The position numbers were made by a program, and so were the translations under genes. Of a stretch of 64,000 bases of DNA, positions 10,846 to 20,577 are shown one piece after another (positions within the stretch are counted from its first letter, which is position 1; each line of letters starts with the position of its first letter). Source of the DNA: Candidatus Bathyarchaeota archaeon (GTDB lineage: Archaea; Thermoproteota; Bathyarchaeia; Bathyarchaeales; Bathycorpusculaceae); NCBI GenBank assembly GCA_963775685.1, contig CAVZJV010000014.1, forward strand, positions 96,001-160,000, in the 5' to 3' direction. The notes beneath the pieces are model-generated. The model was not told the origin of the DNA. It was given only the letters and a program-made list of their open reading frames with translations, and ran no database searches.

Positions 10846-11220
10846 TTGAGGTTTGTCGGCTTGTCTGAATTTGTTTGGAATAAGCCTGTCTTAAGTTTGT
10901 ACAGGGAAAATAATGAGCAGCCTGAAAGCGAAGCCTTCGCCGTTATAAAAGTAAAAAAACTTTCGATTTATAAATCGGAAAACGGCGAATTCAGTGGTAA
11001 CATAGCTGATTTTTTTTGTTTAATGGGGGATGTCGACCAGGTTGGAAGTTCAGGTAAGTATGTTGTTTGCTGGTTTGACGATTCAGTCGAGGACTTCTAT
11101 GCGGGGTTTAGAAGGTTATCAGGCGTTACTTTTCCATCTGGAGTGAGCTTCACTGTCGATAGGCGAGATAAAAGAACATACAACACCGTTTTTGAAGCTA
11201 AACACGCCAAACTAAAATAG
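10846..11220 (+). CDS. Hypothetical protein (start probably TTG at 10861)
   Basis: 124-aa ORF immediately upstream of the fwd operon; GAGGT RBS-like site before 10861. Confidence 0.65.
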   Translation: MRFVGLSEFVWNKPVLSLYRENNEQPESEAFAVIKVKKLSIYKSENGEFSGNIADFFCLMGDVDQVGSSGKYVVCWFDDSVEDFYAGFRRLSGVTFPSGVSFTVDRRDKRTYNTVFEAKHAKLK

Positions 11221-11374
11221 TTGAATTATGCGGCTAACGTGGTTTTCAGCCAAAACGGACATTTAAAACGCTTATTTTTTTGCTTTAAGCAACGCCTTTA
11301 ACCTTGAATTTTATGTATTTCTTAAAATCACTCTTAAATATAACTCCATAAACTACATTGGTAAGGTCAGAATC

Positions 11375-11776
11375 ATGGTAGAGCAAAAGTTAAACGTAAC
11401 TTTGCTTACAGGTCGCACGATTGACCAAGGCGTCGGCAAAGAGAAAGGTAAAGCTTCGAAAGAGTATTTTGATGCTTGTTCAATGTGCTACATGGATGCA
11501 GACGACATGAAAAAACTCGGCATCAAAAATAACACTAACATTCTAGTAACAACCCCTGACGGCGCTGTTGTGCTCAAAGCCGTAAAGTATCCACGTTCTG
11601 CAACTCCTGGCTTAATTTATGTTCCCTATGGCCCGTGGGCAAACGCGGTTTGCAGCAACAAAACTACCAGCATCGGAATGCCCTCATTTAAGGGAACTCC
11701 TGCAGATGTGCAACCAGCTCCAGACAAACAAGTCCTAACCTTGGAAGAACTTTTAAAAAGTGAGTTTGGAAGGTAA
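11375..11776 (+). CDS. fwdD: Formylmethanofuran dehydrogenase subunit D
   Basis: LLTGRTIDQG...IYVPYGPWAN...GMPSFKG; first gene of the operon. Confidence 0.93.
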   Translation: MVEQKLNVTLLTGRTIDQGVGKEKGKASKEYFDACSMCYMDADDMKKLGIKNNTNILVTTPDGAVVLKAVKYPRSATPGLIYVPYGPWANAVCSNKTTSIGMPSFKGTPADVQPAPDKQVLTLEELLKSEFGR

Positions 11777-11780
11777 AAAA

Positions 11781-13253
11781 ATGACTGTAATAAACTCCGT
11801 AACTTGTCCAATCTGCGGTTGCTTATGCGACGACATTGAAGTGACAATTGAAAACAACGAAGTAGTCAAAGTCAAAAATGGTTGTGCCATCTGCGAATCC
11901 AAATTCATCGGTTACCGCGGAGAACACCGAATCAAAACACCACTGATGAGAAAAGAGGGCAAATTAGTTCCGGTCTCCATGAACGAAGCCGTACATGCTG
12001 CAGCAGAAGTTCTTGCAAACGCGACTTACCCTATACTTTACGGCTGGAGCTCAACCAGTTCTGAAGCTCAACGTGTCGGCGTAGAATTAACTGAAGAAAT
12101 CGGTGGTATAATGGATAATACAGCAGTTGTATGCCACGGGCCCTCCATTTTAGGCGTCCAAGAAGTGGGTATTCCAACATGCACTTTAGGGCAGGTTCGT
12201 CACCGTGCAGATTTGATTATCTACTGGGGAAGCGACCCGTGGAGCGCACACCCAAGGCACCTTGAAAGATATACAAGCTTCACCGAAGGCCGCTTTGAGA
12301 AAAGCGAGTGGAAAGCATACATGCAGAAACTCAAATCTCAAGCTGGACAAAAAAAGATGCAGAGCGCCATGAGAATTGAAACTGCAAGTACCCAAATAAG
12401 ACCGCAAACGTGCCCTGTTCCTGGTATGCCTCAAACCATGAATAAAGAAGGAAGAAAACTTATAGTTGTTGACGTTAGAAAAACTATGTCTGCGGAAATG
12501 GCTGATTACTTCATCCAAGTTGAACCAAACAAAGACTACGAGCTGATGCAGGCTCTCCGCGTTTTAGTCACGGATGGCGAGCTCGATGTCGACCAAGTTG
12601 CAGGTGTTCCAGTAGAGTACCTCAAACAAGTCGCCGACGCCCTCGTCAACTGTGAGTTCGGCGTTATTTTTTTCGGTATGGGATTAACTCAAACGGCAGG
12701 AAAATTCCGTAACATCGAAATCGCAATCTCACTTGTCCGTGACTTAAACGCAAGAACAAAATTCTTAATCATGCCTATGAGAGGGCACTTCAACGTAACA
12801 GGTGCAGACGTGGTCTCTGCTTGGCAAACCGGCTACCCGTATGGTGTTGACTTCTCACTTGGTTACCCCCGTTACAATCCGGGAGAAACAACATGCACAG
12901 ACGTGCTTTTGCGTGAAGAAAACGATGCGTCACTAGTTATTGCATCTGATCCAGGCTCTAACTTCCCTAAAAAAGCCGTCGAAAACATGGTTAAGCACCC
13001 TTTAATCGTGATTGACCCACATATGAATGCTACCGCAATGCTGGGCGACATAGTCTTTCCGTCTGCATTCGTCGGCATAGAAGTTGAGGGAACTGCATAC
13101 CGCATGGATCATGTTCCGTTGCCGCTAAAGAAAGTTGTTGAACCGCCAAAAGGAATACTTTCAGACGAAGAAATCCTGACAAGAATCCTAAAAGAAGTTA
13201 AGGAAATTAAAGCTAAAAAAAACATTAAAACCGCAAAGAAAGCGGAGGCTTAA
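11781..13253 (+). CDS. fwdB: Formylmethanofuran dehydrogenase subunit B (Mo/W-bisPGD)
   Basis: CPICGCLCDD Fe-S motif, VCHGP metal-ligand Cys, PMRGHFNV, GTAYRMD. Confidence 0.95.
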   Translation: MTVINSVTCPICGCLCDDIEVTIENNEVVKVKNGCAICESKFIGYRGEHRIKTPLMRKEGKLVPVSMNEAVHAAAEVLANATYPILYGWSSTSSEAQRVGVELTEEIGGIMDNTAVVCHGPSILGVQEVGIPTCTLGQVRHRADLIIYWGSDPWSAHPRHLERYTSFTEGRFEKSEWKAYMQKLKSQAGQKKMQSAMRIETASTQIRPQTCPVPGMPQTMNKEGRKLIVVDVRKTMSAEMADYFIQVEPNKDYELMQALRVLVTDGELDVDQVAGVPVEYLKQVADALVNCEFGVIFFGMGLTQTAGKFRNIEIAISLVRDLNARTKFLIMPMRGHFNVTGADVVSAWQTGYPYGVDFSLGYPRYNPGETTCTDVLLREENDASLVIASDPGSNFPKKAVENMVKHPLIVIDPHMNATAMLGDIVFPSAFVGIEVEGTAYRMDHVPLPLKKVVEPPKGILSDEEILTRILKEVKEIKAKKNIKTAKKAEA

Positions 13254-13255
13254 AA

Positions 13256-14948
13256 ATGACTGAACTAATCATAAAGAACGGCTTCGTCTTTGACCCTATA
13301 AACAAGGTTAACGGCGAAAAGATGGATATAGCCATAAAAAACGGGAAAATTGTTGAAAAAGTCACACGCAAAGCCCATGTAATCGATGCAGCAGGGTTAA
13401 CGGTTATGCCTGGGGGGGTTGACATTCACACTCACATTGCTGGCGGAGAAGTAAACACTGGCAGAATGGTTCGACCTGAAGACCATATTAAAGATGTCGT
13501 CAGCAAAACAGCTACAACACGCTCGGGCACAGGCTACTCGATTCCATCCACATTCGTTACTGGTTATCGCTATTCAAAGATGGGTTACACCACCGTTATG
13601 AATCCATCTATGGCACCTCTGGAAGCAAAACACACTCACGAAGAATTAAACGATATACCCCTACTTAGACAAAGCCTCATACCCGTTGCTTGGTGACTGG
13701 TGGTTTGTACTGGAAAATCTTGCTAAGGGCAACATCGAAGAATGTGCAAGACACGTCGCATGGATGCTAGATATCACTAAAGGCTACGCCATAAAAATCG
13801 TTAACCCCGGCGGCTTAGAATCATGGGGATTTGGAAACAACGTTCACAGCATCGACGACCAAGTACCCAACTTCTGCATTACCCCCCGAGAAATCATGGT
13901 TGGACTTGCAAAAGCTAACGCTATGCTTAATCTACCCCATTCGATCCATCTTCACACCAATAATCTGGGACTGCCCGGTAACTACACCACAACTTTGGAC
14001 TCAATGAAAGCACTAGAAAGCGTGCCTTACAATGGTAAACCGGTCGCACACATAACCCACTTGCAGTTTGCCAGCTTCGGCGGCGACGGCTGGGGCAACA
14101 TGAAGTCAGCGGCAGAAGAAGTTTCAAGCTACATCAATGCTCACAGCCATATGACTTTCGACATGGGACAAGTTATATTCACTGACACTACAACCATGAC
14201 AGCCGATGGACCCTTCGAGTTTACTCTCTACCAACTCAGCGGACACAAATGGGTAAACAGCGACGTAGAAACTGAGACAAGCGGTGGAATCATCCCATTC
14301 CATTACAAGAAGAACAACGCAGTAAACGCAAAACAATGGTCAATCGGCTTAGAATTAGCATTACTCATCAAGGACCCATGGAAAATGTTCCTATCAACCG
14401 ATCACCCCAACGGAGGACCATTCATCGCTTACCCAAGAGTTCTCGCTTGGCTATACAGCAAGAAAGCACGCGAAGCAACACTAAAACACTGCCACAGGAA
14501 AGCTCAAAAAGCAAGCCTGCTGCCCTCAATCGACAGGGAAATGTCGCTCTACGAGTTAGCAATAATGACTCGCGCTGGACAAGCCAAAGCCTTAGGTCTT
14601 CCCAACAAAGGTCACCTTGGCGTAGGTGCGGATGCAGATGTTGCAATTTATGCAATTAACCCTGAAACAACCGACATAGCCAGCAAATATAAGACAGCGC
14701 GCAGAGCTTTCAAGCACGCAGCTTACACGATTAAAGACGGTAAAATCGTCGTTAAAGACGGGGAAGTAGTCGGACAAGCAGACGGCAGAACAATGTGGCT
14801 CGACGTTCAAACAAAGGAACCCTGCAAGATTGACGATGCCATGAAAGGCAAATTCAAGCAATATTGGACTGTTGATTACGAAAACTATCCCGTATCTGAC
14901 CATTACGTAAAAGTCAAAGACCCAATAACCGTAAAGGCGAGCGTCTAA
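13256..14948 (+). CDS. fwdA: Formylmethanofuran dehydrogenase subunit A; frameshift near 13660-13690
   Basis: DIHTHIAG, KIVNPGG, HLHTNNLG, HITHLQF and STDHPNGG amidohydrolase motifs spread over two overlapping ORFs. Confidence 0.93.
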
Positions 14949-14949
14949 A

Positions 14950-15762
14950 ATGATAGTCCTCACGCCACTTAAAAAATTCACTTTCCCAGTCAACGCAGAA
15001 ATCATAAACCCCGATGTATTCGAAGGCAAAGACACTGCTGAAATAGCCGACCTAACAGTCTTCGAAGGCAACAAACAAAGAAAACTGCGAGAACTTTTCA
15101 AAATCGAAGAGGACAATGCGGAAGGAACTATAACAATAAATGGCGATGTCAGCGAAGTTCGAAAGATTGGTGTAGGCATGAAAAAAGGCGAAATCATCAT
15201 CAACGGCAACGTCGGTATGCACTTGGGCGAGAAGATGGCGGGCGGAAAAATCACAGTCAATGGAGACGCATGTCAATGGGCAGGCGCTTCTATGAAGAAA
15301 GGCCTTATCGAAATCCATGGAAACGCAGGCGACTATTTAGCTTCACCATACCGAGGAAGCACCGAAGGTATGAAGGGCGGCAAAATAGTGGTCGATGGCG
15401 ATGTTGGAAGTGATTCAGGTGCTTACCTCCATGGCGGTTTAATCAAAATAAAAGGAAGCAACGTTGGGCAATTCTTGGGTTTCCACATGAGTAATGGAAC
15501 AATTTATGTTGAAAAAAACGCTCGCTCAAGATTAGGCGCCAACATGACGGGAGGAAAAATCATTGTTTCAGGTGTTTTGGAGGAAATGATGCCCAGCTTT
15601 ACAATCGACAATATAAAACCAAAAGTTAAAGTAGACGACACTGAATCCGCAACAGGGCCATTCTATGTGTTTCTCGGCGATTTAGCAGAGAAAGGCACAG
15701 GCAAAATCTTCGTCTCAAAAGCCAACAATCCGCTTCTAAAATTATACGAAAAATACCTGTAA
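14950..15762 (+). CDS. fwdC: Formylmethanofuran dehydrogenase subunit C
   Basis: GxxMxxGxIxVxG repeats; YRGSTEGMKGG; FLGDLAEKGTG. Confidence 0.95.
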   Translation: MIVLTPLKKFTFPVNAEIINPDVFEGKDTAEIADLTVFEGNKQRKLRELFKIEEDNAEGTITINGDVSEVRKIGVGMKKGEIIINGNVGMHLGEKMAGGKITVNGDACQWAGASMKKGLIEIHGNAGDYLASPYRGSTEGMKGGKIVVDGDVGSDSGAYLHGGLIKIKGSNVGQFLGFHMSNGTIYVEKNARSRLGANMTGGKIIVSGVLEEMMPSFTIDNIKPKVKVDDTESATGPFYVFLGDLAEKGTGKIFVSKANNPLLKLYEKYL

Positions 15763-15843
15763 ACCGTAGCTAACCCAGTTTTGGAGGTTAGATAAACCAA
15801 TATTCTTATCCGTATTTAACTACCTATTTAGTGAGGTGCTACG

Positions 15844-16632
15844 ATGGTTCGACAAGTTGAAATAGAAAAAATAGACCTCTTCACAGGCAAAATTAGCAAA
15901 ATAACCGACTGCGTAGCCGAGGAAACCTCTCTTCAGCTTTTTGTAAACACTACTTTTTGGGCAACCATCCTTTGTACACCAACGAACCTCAAGGAACTGG
16001 CAATCGGGCACCTACTTTCAGAAGGCATAGTTAAGTCAACTAAAGAAATTGAAGAAGTAATTCTCAAAGAAAAGGAGAACACCTGCTTCGTCAAACTCAA
16101 CCCGAGCATAAAAGTTGAGGACAGAATTCAAATCTCAAGGCTACATACGCGAGTTATCACTTCAGCCTGTGGCAGCGGTTCACCGTACCAATACAAAGGT
16201 AAAGTTCCCAAAGTTGAATCAGCCCTCACAGTTAAAGCCCAAGTAATTTTCGACAGCGTAAACCAACTAAACTTTAAAGCTGAAGGCTTTAGGCAAACAG
16301 GAGGGCTCCATGTTGCCGCAATCTACAAAAATGATGGCTCGCTGGTTGCGTTAGCAGAGGATGTAGGTAGGCATAACGCTGTTGACAAGGTAATTGGGAT
16401 GGCTGCTTTGGACAAAGTAGATTTTAGCGGGTGCTTTGTGGCTTTGAGCGGCCGCATATCGGGTGATGTAGCTTTTAAGTCAGCTAAGGTTGGTTTACCA
16501 ATAGTTGCTTCTTTGTCAGCGGCGCTTTCTTCTGGAATTGCCACTGCTGAAGAATCTAATGTTACTATAGCTGGGTTTGTGAGGGGAAAACGCCTAAACG
16601 TATACACTGTACCAGAAAGAATAATTATTTAA
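15844..16632 (+). CDS. fdhD: Formate dehydrogenase accessory sulfurtransferase FdhD
   Basis: SACGS, FRQTGGLHVAA, EDVGRHNAVDKVIG, GFVRG. Confidence 0.95.
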   Translation: MVRQVEIEKIDLFTGKISKITDCVAEETSLQLFVNTTFWATILCTPTNLKELAIGHLLSEGIVKSTKEIEEVILKEKENTCFVKLNPSIKVEDRIQISRLHTRVITSACGSGSPYQYKGKVPKVESALTVKAQVIFDSVNQLNFKAEGFRQTGGLHVAAIYKNDGSLVALAEDVGRHNAVDKVIGMAALDKVDFSGCFVALSGRISGDVAFKSAKVGLPIVASLSAALSSGIATAEESNVTIAGFVRGKRLNVYTVPERIII

Positions 16633-17701
16633 CCGCTTGATTTTCGATCTGCAATTCGCTCCATGTCTTGTCGGCTTTTGCTCTCTCACCTAATAGAAAA
16701 CAACGGTTATACAAGTAAACTTCAGCTTCCGACCCATAGTTTTGAGCAGCTTTTAAAAAAGCAGTTTCAATATCACTTGTCAATTTCAGGTTGCCGTTTT
16801 GGCCAAGTAAACTTAATAGGTTTTTTGCTTTAAATTCCCAAGCAAGAGCAGCCCAAAAAAACAAATCTTTATTCTCCAACTCAATGGCAGAATCCGAAAG
16901 AATTTCTGAAGTATCCGAAAAATCGTCGCGATTACTCTTCAAGGACGCCTCAGCAATGCATTGTATTTCTTTATGGGGCAATACCCCTAAGTTCAATCGT
17001 AAATTCTCGGCAAATGACCCTTGCCCTTGTCGAGGCTCAAGCTTGGTTAAGTCTTCTGGGCAATTAATGTTAATAAAACTTCTAAATTCAGGGTCTAGCC
17101 TTCTTATTTTTCCAAGAGGCGAAACAAACAAGGCTTTTTGGGCGCCTCTAATGATGTCGTCTGGGTGAGCACGCCCCAGTTGAGACAACACGTCTGCGAT
17201 TACCAGAGTCTTCTTGTGATCTAAAATCATGAGGAGCGTTTCAAGTCTTCCGTTTGGCCACATTGGAACCGCTACATAGGAACCGTCAATTTCCTCAAAT
17301 AGGTACTCGGCAACTTTTCTCTTAAGCATAGGCACGTCTACTGGGACAGTTATGCAGTAATCTGCATTGGTGAATTTTAGTCCGGTTAAAATAGCTACTA
17401 AAGGTCCGCTTAGGTTCTTGACTTTTAAATCGATCACTATCTTTACGTTTTTTAACCCAAACTTTTCTAAAACGCTGCGGTACTGGCTTATTCTTGATTC
17501 GTTTTCATCTACAACGACAACTATTTCCTCTACTGCATCCTGGATGTTCTCAATAGCGTGCACCATAAGAGGTTTTCCATCAAGCAGAGCGAGAGCCTTA
17601 TCATGCCACTTGTCCGCAATAGTTTGGAATCTTTTGGCTTTTCCTCCAGCAAGGATAATTGCCGCCCGCTTGGTCATTGAATATCCCGTTAGTAAATACA
17701 A
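16625..17701 (-). CDS. mobA: Molybdenum cofactor guanylyltransferase MobA-like protein with a helical C-terminal extension
   Basis: IILAGGKAKRF...DKAL, GPLVAILTGL, VPVDVP, FININCPEDL. Confidence 0.85.
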   Translation of the reverse strand: MYLLTGYSMTKRAAIILAGGKAKRFQTIADKWHDKALALLDGKPLMVHAIENIQDAVEEIVVVVDENESRISQYRSVLEKFGLKNVKIVIDLKVKNLSGPLVAILTGLKFTNADYCITVPVDVPMLKRKVAEYLFEEIDGSYVAVPMWPNGRLETLLMILDHKKTLVIADVLSQLGRAHPDDIIRGAQKALFVSPLGKIRRLDPEFRSFININCPEDLTKLEPRQGQGSFAENLRLNLGVLPHKEIQCIAEASLKSNRDDFSDTSEILSDSAIELENKDLFFWAALAWEFKAKNLLSLLGQNGNLKLTSDIETAFLKAAQNYGSEAEVYLYNRCFLLGERAKADKTWSELQIENQAVK

Positions 17702-17726
17702 AGAGCAGTTTATCTAATTTTTTCTT

Positions 17727-18275
17727 CTAAATGTGGTTTTTTAGTGGCTCTAGGTGGCTTTTGATGGTTTCCAGAAGCTTTTCTCCTTCGTCAGGTAAGT
17801 TGAAGTAAGGTATTTTGGAGTCTGTAGGCTTGTATTTACCAATCAACCCCGCAATCGCCAGAATTGGTGGAACTGATTCGTTTAATGTTTTTTCTAAGCC
17901 TATAGCATCCTTGGCTGTTATGATTTTTAGGATTTCTGGTCTTTTTGATATAAAGTCATGGAATCCCTCGATGAAAATAATATCTATCTTTTCTGTCTCC
18001 AAATATTTGGTAATTTTGTCTAAGTCTCTGAGAGCATGGTTGGTTTTTTCTATTATCGCTATTTCTTCGGGCGAAATTGCTACCGTTATTTTGGAGCCAG
18101 CTTTGCTGAATCTGTAGGTGTTGGTGCCTTCTTTGTCGATGGTAAAGCCTTCCCGATGGATGTGTTTGATTGCGCCGACTCGGTAGCCTTCTGTACTGAG
18201 ATTAGAGATTAGGTACTCAAGGGTGGTTGTTTTTCCTGAGCCACTTACCCCTATACAAGCGATTAATACAACCAA
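17727..18275 (-). CDS. mobB: Molybdopterin-guanine dinucleotide biosynthesis protein B
   Basis: GVSGSGKTT P-loop, IKHIH...FTIDKEGT, IFIEGF. Confidence 0.92.
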   Translation of the reverse strand: MVVLIACIGVSGSGKTTTLEYLISNLSTEGYRVGAIKHIHREGFTIDKEGTNTYRFSKAGSKITVAISPEEIAIIEKTNHALRDLDKITKYLETEKIDIIFIEGFHDFISKRPEILKIITAKDAIGLEKTLNESVPPILAIAGLIGKYKPTDSKIPYFNLPDEGEKLLETIKSHLEPLKNHI

Positions 18276-18335
18276 TTGGCAGTTACCTCTTCTGAAAAAC
18301 TGTGGGCGGCTTTAATAAACTACCCGATATAGCAC

Positions 18336-18662
18336 TTAGGTTTCCTCTTCAAGTTTCACCCAGATTTTACCTGACTTAACCTTCCAGTCATACTTAGTTA
18401 ATTTAAAGAAAGCTTCGTTCTCATACTCGCCCGTTTCCAAGTTGAATCGCCAGTCATGGCAGGGACAAACAATTATCAAACCATCAAGCGTTCCGCCCGA
18501 GAAACCACATGCCATGTGTGGGCAACGGTTATTGATAGCAAAAATTTGACCTTGTTTTTTTATGAGTAAAACAGGTGTGCCGTTGACCGAGAATAGCTTC
18601 ATTTTGCCTTCCTGCAACTCTTTTTCATCCATTACGGTTACAAAACCATCGAGATTTTCCAT
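18336..18662 (-). CDS. Rieske [2Fe-2S] ferredoxin
   Basis: CPHM...CPCHDWRF. Confidence 0.92.
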   Translation of the reverse strand: MENLDGFVTVMDEKELQEGKMKLFSVNGTPVLLIKKQGQIFAINNRCPHMACGFSGGTLDGLIIVCPCHDWRFNLETGEYENEAFFKLTKYDWKVKSGKIWVKLEEET

Positions 18663-18897
18663 TTTGTTGCCTCTGATAAATTACTATTTAGTTCTTAAGA
18701 AAAGACTAACATTTAGAACTTGCCCAACAATTTTTGCGGTCCTAACGGGGTAGGTCATTAAGGTAGAAAAAAGTAACTATTAAACTCTGTTGGTTGAGTC
18801 TATTTACATGGAGTGCCGTCTGGAATTACAGGCCGTGAGGCTCCAACGTTGCACAAATTCGTCTTTATTAAAGAGGTTAATAAATTGCCAAAAGCCA

Positions 18898-19761
18898 CTA
18901 AGCGTAAGGTAATATTTGAATTTGGTAGAGGTTTGACCAATCTTTTCCTGTAACAAAAAGCCGTCCTGTGTCAGAATCGTAAGCTATTCCATTTAAAACG
19001 TCGTCTGTTATGTTTGATTGGTAGATTCCTGCAAGGTCGACCCAGCCTTTCACCACTCCAGTTTGCGGATTTATAATGGCAATTTTTTGTGTTAGCCAGA
19101 TATTTGCGTAAACGTCTCCATTGACATATTCCAGTTCATTGATGTTTGTTATGGAGGTGTTTCCGTCATGTACACTTACTTGTCCAGTTTTTTGGAAAGT
19201 GCCAGGATTAAGGAAATAGAGGTTTGAGGAGCCATCGCTCATGATCAGTTCGTTTCCATTGTAGGTCAAGCCCCAACCCTCTGGGGAATAACTAAAGTTG
19301 CCCAGCAACGCAAAGGTTTCTTTGTCATAGACAAAACCGATTTGGCTTAACCACGTTAACTGGATGAGCGAATCGTCAATAACTGCTATGCCTTCACCGA
19401 AATATTGGTCAGGCAATATCGACTCCCGTTGAACATTTCCGGTTTCAAGGTCCACACACCGCAGAGACGAATTACCCAGCTTTCCTGTGCTCTCATACAA
19501 AGCACCGTTGTTGAAGACTAAGCCTTCGGTGAATGCTTCTTGGTCATGGGGGTAAGTTTTGATAATGTGGTAAGTGTAGAGTACAGGTGAACCAGAACTA
19601 GCAGGGGGCTGTCCTGAACTCCAAAAAACCAGCGAGACCACACCTCCAGCAATGAACACGGCAAGAACCAAAACAGCCGCAAAGATAACCCATCTCATAA
19701 AAAAACAAAACAACTGCAACATTAATATGTTCAACGCATAAACTACCAGAAAACCAAGCAA
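18898..19761 (-). CDS. Glutaminyl-peptide cyclotransferase (plant/bacterial beta-propeller type), N-terminally anchored; start may be 19698
   Basis: FTEGL, YESTG, FGEGI, QLTW, EGWGLT, MSDGS, NELEY, ANIW, VLNGIAY. Confidence 0.92.
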   Translation of the reverse strand: MLGFLVVYALNILMLQLFCFFMRWVIFAAVLVLAVFIAGGVVSLVFWSSGQPPASSGSPVLYTYHIIKTYPHDQEAFTEGLVFNNGALYESTGKLGNSSLRCVDLETGNVQRESILPDQYFGEGIAVIDDSLIQLTWLSQIGFVYDKETFALLGNFSYSPEGWGLTYNGNELIMSDGSSNLYFLNPGTFQKTGQVSVHDGNTSITNINELEYVNGDVYANIWLTQKIAIINPQTGVVKGWVDLAGIYQSNITDDVLNGIAYDSDTGRLFVTGKDWSNLYQIQILPYA

Positions 19762-19828
19762 AGCGAAACCCTTAAGTGCTGAGAAAGCTAAGTTGTGTCT
19801 CAGATTACAAAATAGGTGTTGAAATCAA

Positions 19829-20404
19829 TTGGCTGTTGAAGGTTTTTTCGAAAACAAAAAGGAACCTGTAGAAGCAAAAGTCGGCGACTTAACTCCACAA
19901 TCAAAAGCAGTTAACGTCACGGCCAAAGTTGTGTCAAAAACAGAAGTTAGAGAAATTCCAATGGGTAGAGATGGCTCTGCACACAAAGTATCTGATGCAC
20001 TCATCGGCGACGAAACAGGCGTAGTATACTTAACTCTGTGGGACGATAACATTGAGAAAGTCAACGAAGCAGACACAGTGCGCATTGAAAACGGCTATGT
20101 TACACTCTTCAAAGGCAACATACGTCTGAACATTGGTAAATACGGCAAACTTGAGCCAGCAAAAGAACCACTCACAGTGGAAGTTAACACAGAAAACAAC
20201 GTTTCAAGTAAGACATACGAGCAAGAACGCAGACCATTCAGAGGTGGCGGACGAGGATTCGGCGGTGGCGGCGGATACGGCGGCGGACGCGACAGACGTG
20301 GTGGCGGCGGATACGGCGGTGGCGGCGGATACGGCGGAGATCGACGCGGTGGTGGAGATCGACGCGGTGGCGGCGGTAGCGGCGGTTACAGACCAAGATA
20401 CTAA
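19829..20404 (+). CDS. ssb: Single-stranded nucleic-acid-binding protein (single OB fold, crenarchaeal SSB-like) with RGG-rich tail
   Basis: IGDETGVVYLTLW, NGYVTLFKGNIRLNIGKYG; Gly/Arg/Tyr tail. Confidence 0.9.
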   Translation: MAVEGFFENKKEPVEAKVGDLTPQSKAVNVTAKVVSKTEVREIPMGRDGSAHKVSDALIGDETGVVYLTLWDDNIEKVNEADTVRIENGYVTLFKGNIRLNIGKYGKLEPAKEPLTVEVNTENNVSSKTYEQERRPFRGGGRGFGGGGGYGGGRDRRGGGGYGGGGGYGGDRRGGGDRRGGGGSGGYRPRY

Positions 20405-20577
20405 GCGCTTCCAATGTGTTGAGTTTAGAAATATTTTCTTTTTTTGATTTTTTATCATTTAGTTATTCTCTTAAGCTTTACACTCTGAGTTCTCAGAATA
20501 TTTGTCAAAGTACCAATGCTTTTAACAAAAACTTAAATCCTCAGCGGCGATTCTCACCGTTGAAAGAGTTGTCTTGA

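Noticed and set aside
12130-12145. Selenocysteine in FwdB
   Set aside because: The ligand codon is TGC (Cys), not TGA.
13660-13700. Programmed frameshift or split in fwdA (and similar splits elsewhere)
   Set aside because: Indels occur throughout unrelated genes with no common slippery motif; sequencing error is more parsimonious.
18780-18850. Possible Moco/tungsten or fluoride riboswitch upstream of Rieske-mobB-mobA
   Set aside because: Only a weak GGAG/CTCC stem; the consensus motifs are not recognisable.
20260-20395. GGCGGCGGATAC-type repeats as CRISPR or microsatellite
   Set aside because: They are in-frame codons of the SSB Gly-rich tail; there are no spacers.
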